A DNA stretch of 64,000 bases. Source: a virus (taxonomy: Duplodnaviria > Caudoviricetes). The stretch lies in IMG/VR virus record IMGVR_UViG_3300011164_000019, positions 1 through 64,000 of that record; one strand, written 5' to 3'. Made by a program: the position numbers and the translations under genes. Positions 1-9,350 of this stretch are shown here, in pieces; position 1 is the stretch's first letter, and the number at the start of each line of letters is the position of its first letter. The notes under the pieces were generated by a model. It was not told where the DNA came from and searched no databases. It saw only the letters and a list, made by a program, of their open reading frames with translations.

Positions 1-1188
1 TTAGGTTTCGCTTCGGGCCAATTTCGGGGCAATTTTCAATTTTCCCATCTCGGTCCAATCACCCTCACCATCGATCCAGCGTGCGTATCGAGAGAGGAGA
101 ATTTGTAACGAGTGACCCAGCTGTTTGGCGATGAAGGCAGGGGTCATCCCGGCCATCAGGCACATGGTTGCGTACGTGTGGCGCGCATTGTACGGAGGAC
201 GGTATCGAATACCCAGCGCCTTCAGGGTTGGACGCCACTGATGGTGCAGGTCACTCGTCTGCTGGATGAACTGATGCCCCTTGCTGGGTGGGAAGCAGTG
301 AGGGAATTCCTTGATCCTTCCCGATCCCTTGGCTCGCCGTTCGGCATACGCCTTGGCGAACTCCAGGGCATGCACAGCCCGGTCATTGAGCAGCACGTAC
401 CGATCCTTCTTGGTCTTGGTCCGGTCTTCCACTTCCTTGAGGGCAACTGTTCGACGAACCAGCACACGACGCTTCTCCAGCTCGACGGAATCCCACTGCA
501 GTGCAGCGATCTCGCCCAGGCGCATGCCTGTGTAGAAGGCGAACTCGAAGAAGGCAGCGTATATACCGCTTGGCCAGTGATCGGTGGCATACAGCCTGTC
601 GATGATCAGATCAGCCTCTTCCTGAGTGAACGGATCAATGGTCTTTTCCTTGGGGCGGGGAATGTCCAGATCGACCATGGGGTTCTCGGCGATGATCTTG
701 TCGCTCACAGCTGATTCCAGGATGGTGCTCAGCTTGTTCATCGCATTGGCTTTGACGCCATCGGTGGTCCAGGGAATGCGTACCACCAGTTCACGCATAA
801 ATGCCGTGGTCAGGGTGGTCATCGGTGTGGTGGCCAGGTACTTCATCCACCAGTGGTTGAGTACTGACCGGTAGTTGACCCGTGTGCCTTCCGCCAGCTC
901 ACGGCTATCGAGCCAGACCTGAGCGTACTGGCCAAAGGTGTAGCTGACGGCAGCCATGGTATTGGTGGAAGTGGGGAACAGCTCGGCATAGGCCTCGGGA
1001 GTGAGGGTGCCGTGCTTGGCCATCTGGACTACTTTATCTCGTAGACGGGATGCAGCCGTGATCCCCGCTTGCGTCGTGGGGTAGTCAAGGGTCTCGGAGC
1101 AGCGTTTTCCGTTCCAACTGAATCGGATACGGAGCGCACCGTAGTGGAGTTCAACTCCTGTGGGCAGTGCCACTGGCTTTCTTGCCAT
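1..1188 (-). CDS. int: Tyrosine recombinase (phage integrase) with N-terminal arm-binding domain
   Basis: Catalytic motifs TGMRLGE, YNARHTYAT, QLGHS, RYARW; SD GAGGT. Confidence 0.95.
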   Translation of the reverse strand: MARKPVALPTGVELHYGALRIRFSWNGKRCSETLDYPTTQAGITAASRLRDKVVQMAKHGTLTPEAYAELFPTSTNTMAAVSYTFGQYAQVWLDSRELAEGTRVNYRSVLNHWWMKYLATTPMTTLTTAFMRELVVRIPWTTDGVKANAMNKLSTILESAVSDKIIAENPMVDLDIPRPKEKTIDPFTQEEADLIIDRLYATDHWPSGIYAAFFEFAFYTGMRLGEIAALQWDSVELEKRRVLVRRTVALKEVEDRTKTKKDRYVLLNDRAVHALEFAKAYAERRAKGSGRIKEFPHCFPPSKGHQFIQQTSDLHHQWRPTLKALGIRYRPPYNARHTYATMCLMAGMTPAFIAKQLGHSLQILLSRYARWIDGEGDWTEMGKLKIAPKLARSET

Positions 1189-1379
1189 GTTTCAAACCTC
1201 GATCGGCTGTAGTAAATGCGGCCATTCATGCGGTTCCAGACCCCTTCAGGGATCTGCTTCCTTGCTCTTCTGGCTTCCAGAGAGCGGTCGGTGGTGCCCA
1301 GAATTTCAGCCATCTGCTGTTCGGTTACCTTGTCGGGATACCATTCTGGGAGTTCCTTGATCTGCTTTTCTACGGACAT
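1029..1379 (-). CDS. Excisionase-like small DNA-binding protein overlapping int
   Basis: wHTH-like N-terminus (EQQMAEILGTTDRSLEARRAR...GRIYYS); directly upstream of and overlapping int by 160 bp. Confidence 0.65.
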   Translation of the reverse strand: MSVEKQIKELPEWYPDKVTEQQMAEILGTTDRSLEARRARKQIPEGVWNRMNGRIYYSRSRFETWQESQWHCPQELNSTTVRSVSDSVGTENAAPRPLTTPRRKRGSRLHPVYEIK

Positions 1380-1439
1380 GACGAATCCTTCCCCTGGTCG
1401 AGCCAGGGGAATGCAAGGATGTTGTGGGGGAGTGGGGTG

Positions 1440-1610
1440 TTACTGGATTGTTACTACTGCGAGGATCGCCCAAGCCATGTAGTAGATGGCTTTTGTTTCC
1501 TTGCCTTTGTTCCAGCTAAACCACGCGACCAGTGCAAAGACTGGGGAAGCCAGCAAGGCGAGAAGGTGTGCAAAGTGCCTACCTAATTCAAACCAATCAG
1601 ACAGGTTCAT
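1440..1610 (-). CDS. 56-aa membrane protein (not in ORF track)
   Basis: Manual translation MNLSDWFELGRHFAHLLALLASPVFALVAWFSWNKGKETKAIYYMAWAILAVVTIQ; ATGA overlap with upstream gene; two hydrophobic segments. Confidence 0.7.
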   Translation of the reverse strand: MNLSDWFELGRHFAHLLALLASPVFALVAWFSWNKGKETKAIYYMAWAILAVVTIQ

Positions 1611-1981
1611 GGCATCAGCTCCTTAGGGACCTGTACCGTGTCACCGAGCTTGCTGGCGACGAGGCAGCGCATGGCCGCGATGAGTGCGGTGGTCCCCCAA
1701 CCTTCAAAACCGGGTGATTGAGCCACTATCTGCTCATGGCGCTCACTGCTAATGCCAAACCTGCGCTGCATTAGTCTGTCAATGATCGGGCCGCCCTGGC
1801 CCCAGTCGGTGGAGGGCTGCCAGCGAATGCCCTCACGCTGCTCCCATTCGGAACGGTACAGCGCATTCCCACGGCTGTTTTTGAAAGGCGTGACTATCGG
1901 TTCGTGCCCATCAGCCTTAGCCACCGCCCAGTCCAGCGTCGGCCCAATCAGTTCGGCGGTTTTCACTTCTACTAGGCTCAT
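1607..1981 (-). CDS. DUF2591/NinX-like phage protein
   Basis: LDWAVAKA...PSTDWGQGGPII...TALIAAMRCLVASKLG pattern. Confidence 0.75.
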   Translation of the reverse strand: MSLVEVKTAELIGPTLDWAVAKADGHEPIVTPFKNSRGNALYRSEWEQREGIRWQPSTDWGQGGPIIDRLMQRRFGISSERHEQIVAQSPGFEGWGTTALIAAMRCLVASKLGDTVQVPKELMP

Positions 1982-2331
1982 GAGTTACCTCCTTGTGTGA
2001 TAGGGCCGAAGGCGAGCAGACCACCTGAGGCCTGCTGCAGAGCTTGGTCCTTGGAACGAACCACATAACAGATGTGGTAGTTGTCTTCTGGGTCGACGAC
2101 CAGATAAGCATTGGCACCTTCCGGCTCCATGTTCAGACTGTCGTCCTGCTCCGGCTGCTGCTCGGTCTGCGCGGGGCGGGTGGCTCTGGCTTGCCAGCCT
2201 GTCCAGAAATCTCGGTAAATGGCGTTCTTGTATTGACCGTATTCGTCGCGCTCTAGCTGCTGTCGCTTGGCGCCCGGCCACTGCTGATCGGCCCAAGCCT
2301 CGAACGCCTGCCGCTCTAATTCAATATTCAT
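1978..2331 (-). CDS. Hypothetical prophage protein
   Basis: ERQAFEAW...FWTGWQARA pattern common in prophages; overlaps both neighbours. Confidence 0.7.
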   Translation of the reverse strand: MNIELERQAFEAWADQQWPGAKRQQLERDEYGQYKNAIYRDFWTGWQARATRPAQTEQQPEQDDSLNMEPEGANAYLVVDPEDNYHICYVVRSKDQALQQASGGLLAFGPITQGGNS

Positions 2332-2834
2332 CTGGCGAATTCTCCGTAATGTGTAATCTCGGCTGACTTCCTGGCGCAGGCGGCATCGAAAATGCTGGCG
2401 AAAGTCCCCAGGTGTGCCAGTCGTTTATTCACACGAATGCTGGCTCGCCATTTTTGGGATTGCGGATGAAAATAGATGCCCTTGGCCCCGGTCGTATTGG
2501 TGACGGGTAGCTTGCAGTTCTGCATGTTCTGGCAGATCGACGCGCCCCTGAGATTCTCGATTCGGTTGTTAGAGGGGTTGCCGTCGATAGGGTCGACGTA
2601 TTCTGGTAGCTCGCCGTGGAACATGAAGTAGACGAGCCGGTGGCAAGCAATCATCCGCCCGCGCGTCGGATGGATTCGCATGTATCCATCCCGATCAGGA
2701 CGGCCGACCAACTTGCCGACATTTCTTTTTTGGCAGGTCGTTACCCAATAGAGCGACCCATCCGCGTATCGGACTCGCCCAGCAAGGTCTTGGCAGTATT
2801 CCAGCTCAGTCTTCATGGCTCTGGCCCCGCTCAT
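2328..2834 (-). CDS. HNH-AP2 homing endonuclease, catalytic His replaced by Pro
   Basis: HRLVY...VDPIDGNPSNNRIENLR followed by AP2-like KWRASI...HLGTF. Confidence 0.8.
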   Translation of the reverse strand: MSGARAMKTELEYCQDLAGRVRYADGSLYWVTTCQKRNVGKLVGRPDRDGYMRIHPTRGRMIACHRLVYFMFHGELPEYVDPIDGNPSNNRIENLRGASICQNMQNCKLPVTNTTGAKGIYFHPQSQKWRASIRVNKRLAHLGTFASIFDAACARKSAEITHYGEFAR

Positions 2835-2985
2835 CCTGCGCCGGGGCTGGCTCTACCGGATCGGCCTGCTGGGATAGGGCGGTGTCGATACTTGCCGCCA
2901 GCTTTGGATACCCTACTTCCCTGACGATCATGCGGCAGTCACGCAGTAGTTCACGGAGCCTTTTATTTTCCTGTTCCGCTGTCAT
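2806..2985 (-). CDS. Hypothetical protein (59 aa)
   Basis: Start reassigned to ATG 2985 with SD GAGGTG. Confidence 0.5.
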   Translation of the reverse strand: MTAEQENKRLRELLRDCRMIVREVGYPKLAASIDTALSQQADPVEPAPAQDERGQSHED

Positions 2986-2986
2986 C

Positions 2987-3682
2987 TCACACCTCGATGG
3001 GTTTACGCACCTGCTGCCAGCCATGACAGTTGGAACACTGCAGGAGCTTGGTGGATTGGTAGAACACAGCTCCGGTGCCTTGCAGCTTGTGGTCACAACG
3101 GCAGAGCTTGGGTTGGGTTTCCTGAGAGAAGACCTTTACCTGCTCGATGAACCGGGTGAATGTCTCGCCTTGGTAGGTTTCTTCAACCTTCAGGTACAGC
3201 TCTTCGAGCGAACCATCGTTGAGGATCTTCTTGCGTGGGTAGGCTTCCCATTCGGCCATCTCGCTGACGTGACCTCCTACCGGGAAGAAGTCCGGTCGAA
3301 CGATGTGCCACAGCTCGCCACCGTGCTTGAGGATCATGTCCGCTTCGTTGTGAAAACGAACGTCGCTGATGACCAAAGGCATATCCAACTCGACGAAGTG
3401 CTTGACCTTCTGCTCGGTCAGCAGCACCCAAAGTTCCGGGTGGATCTGGTTCCGGCCCCATTCAGTCCCGAGGGTCTGCATGAGTTGACGGGGTGACTTG
3501 CCAAGCCAGTCGATCGGTTTCTCACGGTCACCGTCACGGAACAGGTCACCGAAAGCGGCTTCCAGCATCTGCTTCATGGGATCTGCAAAGGCGACTTGGG
3601 TGAATTTGTGTCGTCTGGCCAGGTAACCGGCCACGGTGTCTTTGCCACTACGGGCACGGCCAATCAAGCCAATGAGTTTCAT
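2987..3682 (-). CDS. Deoxynucleoside monophosphate kinase with C-terminal Cys-rich extension
   Basis: MKLIGLIGRARSGKDT P-loop, RQLMQTLGTEWGR, ISDVRFHNE; SD AGGAG. Confidence 0.88.
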   Translation of the reverse strand: MKLIGLIGRARSGKDTVAGYLARRHKFTQVAFADPMKQMLEAAFGDLFRDGDREKPIDWLGKSPRQLMQTLGTEWGRNQIHPELWVLLTEQKVKHFVELDMPLVISDVRFHNEADMILKHGGELWHIVRPDFFPVGGHVSEMAEWEAYPRKKILNDGSLEELYLKVEETYQGETFTRFIEQVKVFSQETQPKLCRCDHKLQGTGAVFYQSTKLLQCSNCHGWQQVRKPIEV

Positions 3683-3725
3683 GGATTGCTCCTGAGAGGA
3701 AAGTCCGCGTCCTTGCGGATGGTGA

Positions 3726-5384
3726 TCAGGCTGCGGAGAGAATCTGCTTCTCTTCAGCCTCGGTGACGCCCAGAGCCGACCAGCTCTTCTTGGCTGACTT
3801 CTTGATCGAAACGATGTTGGAGGCATTGGCCTTGATGCCCGCAGTGATCAGGGCACGGATGCGCTCACGGGAAGAGCCAGTGGTGACCGGTGCAGCTTTC
3901 TCGGCAGGCTTCGGAGCAGCAGCTTTCTTGGCCTTGGGGGCCTTGGCTGCCGGGGCGACGGATTCAGCACCGTTGGCGATTGCCGTGATATAAGCCACCT
4001 GGCTTTCCGGAATGCCTAGCTTGTCCCAGCTGACCTTGGCGGCCTTCTTGAATGCCAGGAGTTCCTTGGCCTTCTGGATCTGCACCTTGCCGGTCTTGCC
4101 TTCCAGCACAGCCTTGAGCAGGGTTTCCGCTTGCTGCTGGCGACCCGACTTGCGCTCGGTGACCACTTGCTTGGCTACCTTGGCTGCGTCCACGCTGGTG
4201 CCTTCCTTGGCAACTTCTGGCAGCTCGTCGAGCGAGACAGCCTGCTTGGTTTCTTCCATGACCACTTCGGTGGCTTCGGCAACTGGGGTGATGATCAGTC
4301 CACCCCCGTACTGCTCGGTGATTTCCACGGTCTCCAACACACCGACGTGGTTGCCTGCAGCTGCGTTGCCCAGCAGCACGGTGTCCTTCATCGGACGGTT
4401 GCTGCACACCAGGTTGGCGTCTTCTTTCGAGAGCTGAGCAATGATGTGGTAGCCCTTGGCACGCAGCTTCCGTGGATCACGATGAGGCACAGCGATCACG
4501 TCTTCCGGTGCCAGCTTGGCCAGCACGCAGACGTTGCCATTGAAGCTGCTCAGGTAATCCCGGCGAGCCACATGCAGACCGTTGGAGCACTCGGTGTGGC
4601 GATTCGGATCAACCAGGTCCTCGCTCATGAAGACCTTGCTGCCGACCTTCTGCTTGACCCTCTTGGAGTGGCAGTCGACGAATACGCCTTCTTCGTTGGT
4701 GGACTCCAGGCGCTTGTACACCAGCACGGTGCCGTCATCAGCGATCGGCAGTTCGCCTTTCTCCATGAAGGTCAGCAGGTCCTGGACCGAGTGACGACGC
4801 TGTACCTTGGAGACGCGCTCGAAGAAGTTCTTCACGCCTTCGGCACTGCCCAGCTTGCTGGCCACCGCCTGGATCTGCACATCGATCTTCTCGATGCCAG
4901 GGATGATTCCACCGGAGGAGGTCACTGCCACCACGGTTTCGTCTTCACCCAGCGGGGCATGGAACTCCGGCGAGCTGACCGGTGTAGCGTGGGCCATGAT
5001 CTCGGCCACGGCAGCCTGGCTGGCCGTCTGGGGTGCAGCAGCCTGAGCCACTTCACCGACCGCGATCGGAGCAACCGGTGCATTGGACGAATCCAGGTCA
5101 GCAAACTTGCTGAACATGTCCTCGATGGTGTTCTTGAACATGCGGAAGAACTGCACGAAGCCACCCATGCCGGCCTGAGCTTCGTTGTAGTGGTTGCTGA
5201 TGGCGAGATCTTCGGTGGTCAGGTCGCAGAACTTGTCTGCTTCCAGTGCCGGGATCACTTTGTCCACCAGGGAACGGATACGGCTGTCGCCCTGTGGAAC
5301 CAGGATGGTGGTGCCATCCTGTTTGTAGAGGGTGAGTCGCTGGGTATCGACTACGGCAGCGATGATTCGAATAACTTCAGACAT
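3726..5384 (-). CDS. rIIB: rIIB-like protein
   Basis: LPIADDG...YK..., CSNGLHVA...Y motif; follows rIIA. Confidence 0.85.
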   Translation of the reverse strand: MSEVIRIIAAVVDTQRLTLYKQDGTTILVPQGDSRIRSLVDKVIPALEADKFCDLTTEDLAISNHYNEAQAGMGGFVQFFRMFKNTIEDMFSKFADLDSSNAPVAPIAVGEVAQAAAPQTASQAAVAEIMAHATPVSSPEFHAPLGEDETVVAVTSSGGIIPGIEKIDVQIQAVASKLGSAEGVKNFFERVSKVQRRHSVQDLLTFMEKGELPIADDGTVLVYKRLESTNEEGVFVDCHSKRVKQKVGSKVFMSEDLVDPNRHTECSNGLHVARRDYLSSFNGNVCVLAKLAPEDVIAVPHRDPRKLRAKGYHIIAQLSKEDANLVCSNRPMKDTVLLGNAAAGNHVGVLETVEITEQYGGGLIITPVAEATEVVMEETKQAVSLDELPEVAKEGTSVDAAKVAKQVVTERKSGRQQQAETLLKAVLEGKTGKVQIQKAKELLAFKKAAKVSWDKLGIPESQVAYITAIANGAESVAPAAKAPKAKKAAAPKPAEKAAPVTTGSSRERIRALITAGIKANASNIVSIKKSAKKSWSALGVTEAEEKQILSAA

Positions 5385-5394
5385 GATTGTTCCT

Positions 5395-7791
5395 TTACTT
5401 CAGAAGGTTGCGGACGAGGGTGTAAGGAATTTCACACTCGGCACTGCCTGGAGAGACTTCTTCCATCACGTTGGCCAAGTGAGTGAGGTCGATGAAGTCC
5501 GCCCAAGGCGAGTTCTCCATCTTTTCTTTGCATGTCTTGAGCAGCGGGTGCTCCTTGACATGTTGTGTCGCTTCCTTGCACTTCTCGAAGCTGCTCAGTA
5601 CTTGTTCCATGTTGCGGCAGATCTTCATCAGAACAGCGTTTTCCGGGGAGATGTGAAAACGCAGTCCCATGGACTTCATCAGATCTTCATGGAAGCAGGC
5701 ATTGAACAGAATCTTGTGTTTGTCGTAGTACCGGGGTTGCAAGTGTCCTGCGAATGCAGCGAAACGCTTGATATCAGGAGACTTTGCCAATTTCTCATCG
5801 GCATACTTGGTGAGGAACTTGGTCACTTGCTCGATTCCTTGTTCGGTGAGTTTCTTGGCTTGAGCATGGGTTACAACAGCGATCTGATCGCCCCAGTGTT
5901 TTTGGATGAGCTTGGAAGTACTGATGTTGAAGCTATCAACACAGTGATCACGCTCACCACTTGGACGGAGAGTTACCCAAGCAATAGGCTTCTCGATCAG
6001 TGTGTCGTCGGTGAAGTGTTCACGCGCATGCGATAGCAGGAAACTTCCGGTGTCCTTGTTGTAGCTGTGAGTCAGCGTCAAGTAACCATCTTTCTTCTTG
6101 CGACGCATCGGCTCTTTCTTCGGCAAAGTCGGATCGCGTACTACACGCGCCCGCTCAGGAAGATGAACTTCAACGGCATAGCCCTGTTGTTCCAGGAACT
6201 GATTGAGCTGTTCCTTGGTTGCCTCGGACTTCTTGCTGTAACCCACATACATCACCAGATAAGTCCGTAAGCGGGTACTGGCGTTGTTGCGGAAGTACTC
6301 TTGAGCTTGTTTCTGGTTGCGGGTGATCAGGGCATGCTTGTGCATCACGACCGTGATATCCCGTCGCTCTTTGTACGCTGCTTTATACGACTTGCAGAAG
6401 AAGCCGTAGTTATAACTACCGGTGTTCAGATAAGTCTGATAGGCAACTTCTTGCAGCGCAGGGACTGTTTTCAGTGCCTCCTGCAACGGGAAGTCGAGGT
6501 GACGGGTAACCAGGCTCAGGGCTGTTCGTCTACCATTCCACCCCGAAAGGCTCGGATCTTTCTGACGCAGCAATGCTTTGGCCAGTGGCTTAACCACTTC
6601 TCCACGACGAAGCAGCTCCTGCAGCATGCGTTTCTGCATCAGGTGATTGGGAATACGAGGACCTAAGTATTGCGCTGCAACCTGCATCGCAGCCTGTTTG
6701 ATCGTCGTGGAGAACCGACCAACTACTGTTTCTCTAGCGATAGCAGGGGTACAGGTAAGGCACGCTTCATTGATGTACCAGCTACGCAAGGTAGCTGTTT
6801 CTGCTTCACGCACCTGACGATTCAGCTTGGCGTAACAGAGTTGCCGTACCACTTTCTCGCTGGATTCACGCCCTTTGAAGTCGTACTTGTCCAGCAGGCC
6901 CTTGACGGTGTTCACCGTGGCATCGGTCAGAATGATCGCTTCCCGGTTGGGGGCAATCGAGATGCTGTCCGGTGGAGCCATGAAGATAATGGAAGCGTTA
7001 CTCCAGAGATGGCGCAGATCGTTGACGATGTGGTGGTACTGGTCGCCGTACTCCTCACGATACGGAACCGGGTACACCACGTTGCCATAGCGCAGGTTGA
7101 TCTCCTGGCCAACGGTTCCCCGGAAGTCGATGATCGCGTAGCCAGTCGGGCTGGTTGACAGGGGCAGGGTGACCAAAGGATCTGCACCATTGATGCTGGC
7201 CTGGATCTCGCCCAGGATCAGCACCTCACGGATCAGCTTCAGGAACTCCTGCTGGTCCTGGGTCTGGATACCGAACGACACGGCAATGCCAGTCTCATCG
7301 GTCGGCAAGGACACGATCTTGTTGATCGATGGCTTACCGCCTTTCTCCATCGAGGACTTGGAGACTCGGTAAATGGTCTTCACGCCCAGGTGGTGAGAGG
7401 CCACCTCGAAGTTGTCGGTGTAGGCGAACGGAGCCTTGCTGCCCAGACCAAAACCACCGGTCGACTTGGAGTCACCACGCTTGGTGGAATTGCCATATAC
7501 CCCGTAGATCGGCCCGATCTCGGCATGGGCAATACCGAAGCCGAAGTCACGCACGGTCAGCTGAGTGCTGGTGAGGGTGATCTGCAGTGGGGTATCGGTC
7601 TTGCCTGCAGCGATGTGGGCATCCCAACCGTTACAGATGATCTCACGCACCACAGCCAGTTTGGGGTGGGTGTAAAGGGTAGAGGACAGGATGTGCATCA
7701 GGGCTGCGTCATCGCTTACGCCCATCTCCACGGTTTCCTGGTTACCAATCACGGCGTGCGTGATGAAATCGTCTTGCTGACTTACTTGCAT
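5395..7791 (-). CDS. rIIA: rIIA-like protein (N-terminal GHKL ATPase fold)
   Basis: LSSTLYTHPKLAVVREIICNGWDAH, VRDFGFGI, GGFGLGSKAPFAY. Confidence 0.88.
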   Translation of the reverse strand: MQVSQQDDFITHAVIGNQETVEMGVSDDAALMHILSSTLYTHPKLAVVREIICNGWDAHIAAGKTDTPLQITLTSTQLTVRDFGFGIAHAEIGPIYGVYGNSTKRGDSKSTGGFGLGSKAPFAYTDNFEVASHHLGVKTIYRVSKSSMEKGGKPSINKIVSLPTDETGIAVSFGIQTQDQQEFLKLIREVLILGEIQASINGADPLVTLPLSTSPTGYAIIDFRGTVGQEINLRYGNVVYPVPYREEYGDQYHHIVNDLRHLWSNASIIFMAPPDSISIAPNREAIILTDATVNTVKGLLDKYDFKGRESSEKVVRQLCYAKLNRQVREAETATLRSWYINEACLTCTPAIARETVVGRFSTTIKQAAMQVAAQYLGPRIPNHLMQKRMLQELLRRGEVVKPLAKALLRQKDPSLSGWNGRRTALSLVTRHLDFPLQEALKTVPALQEVAYQTYLNTGSYNYGFFCKSYKAAYKERRDITVVMHKHALITRNQKQAQEYFRNNASTRLRTYLVMYVGYSKKSEATKEQLNQFLEQQGYAVEVHLPERARVVRDPTLPKKEPMRRKKKDGYLTLTHSYNKDTGSFLLSHAREHFTDDTLIEKPIAWVTLRPSGERDHCVDSFNISTSKLIQKHWGDQIAVVTHAQAKKLTEQGIEQVTKFLTKYADEKLAKSPDIKRFAAFAGHLQPRYYDKHKILFNACFHEDLMKSMGLRFHISPENAVLMKICRNMEQVLSSFEKCKEATQHVKEHPLLKTCKEKMENSPWADFIDLTHLANVMEEVSPGSAECEIPYTLVRNLLK

Positions 7792-7802
7792 TTGAAAAGT
7801 CC

Positions 7803-8264
7803 TTAGAAATTTAATTTATGAGGTAAGCCATTCAACTTGATGTATTCATCACGGTATTTCGCAGCAGCAAGCTCCGTATCAAATACGCCCAAGTGGGTAT
7901 TTCGGCCTTTATGGTCGATCGCAGCCCTCCACTTGTTTCCGTGGATGCTTCGGATGCCAATAAATTTATGTTTTGTCCCGCGTCGTTTACGACGATTGGC
8001 TGCCTGACTGCTTTCAGTTACCCATGTGCAGTTATCAGGACGGTAGTGGTCTTGCAGGTTACGGCGTTCTATTTCGAGAGAGTCGTTGTAACCGGAGCAG
8101 AAGGCCCAGTCCCGAAAGTTCGGGTAACTCAGCCACTCTTCGCACACCGTAATGCCTCGACCACCGTAGTCGGCAAAGCAAGTTGCTTTTGGGTTAAAGC
8201 AGCGTTGCTTCATGTTTGCCCAGATTCTGTACAAACGACCTTTGTATGAAGAATCTACCTGCAT
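7803..8264 (-). CDS. HNH-type/AP2 homing endonuclease
   Basis: RLYRIWANMKQRC...YGGRGITVCEEW...NCTWVT, C-terminal AP2; start reassigned to 8264. Confidence 0.8.
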   Translation of the reverse strand: MQVDSSYKGRLYRIWANMKQRCFNPKATCFADYGGRGITVCEEWLSYPNFRDWAFCSGYNDSLEIERRNLQDHYRPDNCTWVTESSQAANRRKRRGTKHKFIGIRSIHGNKWRAAIDHKGRNTHLGVFDTELAAAKYRDEYIKLNGLPHKLNF

Positions 8265-8287
8265 GATTTTTCCTTGGTACTGAAATG

Positions 8288-8312
8288 AAGAAGCCCGCAC
8301 AGGGCGGGCTTT
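8288..8312 (-). terminator. Putative intrinsic terminator
   Basis: AAGCCCGC-acagg-GCGGGCTT hairpin. Confidence 0.55.
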
Positions 8313-8326
8313 AGGATTCGTTTGGG

Positions 8327-8680
8327 TCAGGCTGCGATGCGTTGGAACAGCACGGCATTGCCTCGGTGGGTGTTCTCCTGGACGGTTACAGGGTCCAGAT
8401 GGGCTGGGTTGCAGCACTTGCGTGTACGGCAGAGGTGATCAAGCACCAGTCCGTCTTCGATCGGGCCACTGAAGTGCTCGAAGGTGACTCGGTGAACCAT
8501 CAGGCGTTTGCCCTTGACCCATACCCGGCCATAGCCGTTACGGTTGAGTTCGCCGATCCACTCCCAGCAGCCAGTGCCCTCGTTCACCCGGATACGCGAC
8601 TGAATGCGTTCCAGGATGGAAGGATCTAACGGCACAACAGGTCTCCTAGTGACAGGCCTCCTGGATTGCAACTTCGGCAA
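8327..8680 (-). CDS. HNH endonuclease
   Basis: CWEWIG...GYGR...HRV...LDHLCRTRKCCNPAHL. Confidence 0.88.
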   Translation of the reverse strand: MPKLQSRRPVTRRPVVPLDPSILERIQSRIRVNEGTGCWEWIGELNRNGYGRVWVKGKRLMVHRVTFEHFSGPIEDGLVLDHLCRTRKCCNPAHLDPVTVQENTHRGNAVLFQRIAA

Positions 8681-8882
8681 TACGTGTCACGCGAGCACTC
8701 AGCAATTGAGTCAACGCATGCGTGTATTCATCCAGGTTGAGTACTCCCCGCTCATAGAACATGAACAGGTCTTCTTGAGTTGCTTTGCAATGAAGGCGGA
8801 CTTCATAAGCAGACATGGCTCGTCTGAGCATCAATAACCTTGCATTGAACCAAGTCTGGGCAAACTCATATGAAAAGGTCAT
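8646..8882 (-). CDS. Hypothetical protein
   Basis: SD GGGAG before ATG 8882. Confidence 0.55.
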   Translation of the reverse strand: MTFSYEFAQTWFNARLLMLRRAMSAYEVRLHCKATQEDLFMFYERGVLNLDEYTHALTQLLSARVTRIAEVAIQEACH

Positions 8883-8898
8883 TTGAACTCCCTGCAAT

Positions 8899-8920
8899 AA
8901 AAAACGCCCCGAAGGGCGTT
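8899..8920 (-). terminator. Intrinsic terminator
   Basis: Minus strand AACGCCC-UUCG-GGGCGUU then U tract. Confidence 0.85.
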
Positions 8921-8934
8921 GTTAATTCCTTGGG

Positions 8935-9273
8935 TTACGGTCCCGGTGAATCACCTGGACTGGGTAACGTGATGCGATAACGCTTGGACAGTGCAGTTTC
9001 AATTCCCTGGAAGGCGCGACCACCGATGTGAGCAGCCAATGCAACCATGATGGGCAAAGTTGCCCATTCCGGAAGCTGGTGAGCCACGATCGGATAAGTG
9101 TCTGCCATCAGGTAACCGGCCAGGATGGCCGCAGAGAATTCACTGAGTATCCAGAGTTTCGACGGGGGATATCCCCTGGCGATGCGTTGCGCAATCGAGA
9201 TGAAACCGCTGATAAGACTGATCAGGAGTGCCCAGAACAGCGCAAAGAGATCAGGTTGGTTGCGCCAAGGCAT
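8935..9273 (-). CDS. Putative holin (LydA-like)
   Basis: Three hydrophobic segments; ISGFIS...AAILAG...AAHIGGRAF pattern. Confidence 0.6.
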   Translation of the reverse strand: MPWRNQPDLFALFWALLISLISGFISIAQRIARGYPPSKLWILSEFSAAILAGYLMADTYPIVAHQLPEWATLPIMVALAAHIGGRAFQGIETALSKRYRITLPSPGDSPGP

Positions 9274-9350
9274 AGGGAACTCCTCGCTTCGACAGTTGAT
9301 AAAAGACCGATTTCGATTCTAAAGGTGGAGTTGCTACTCCCCAAATTACG

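Noticed and set aside
1-60. attP/attL core near the integrase stop
   Set aside because: No matching repeat or tRNA end recognisable; probably outside the window
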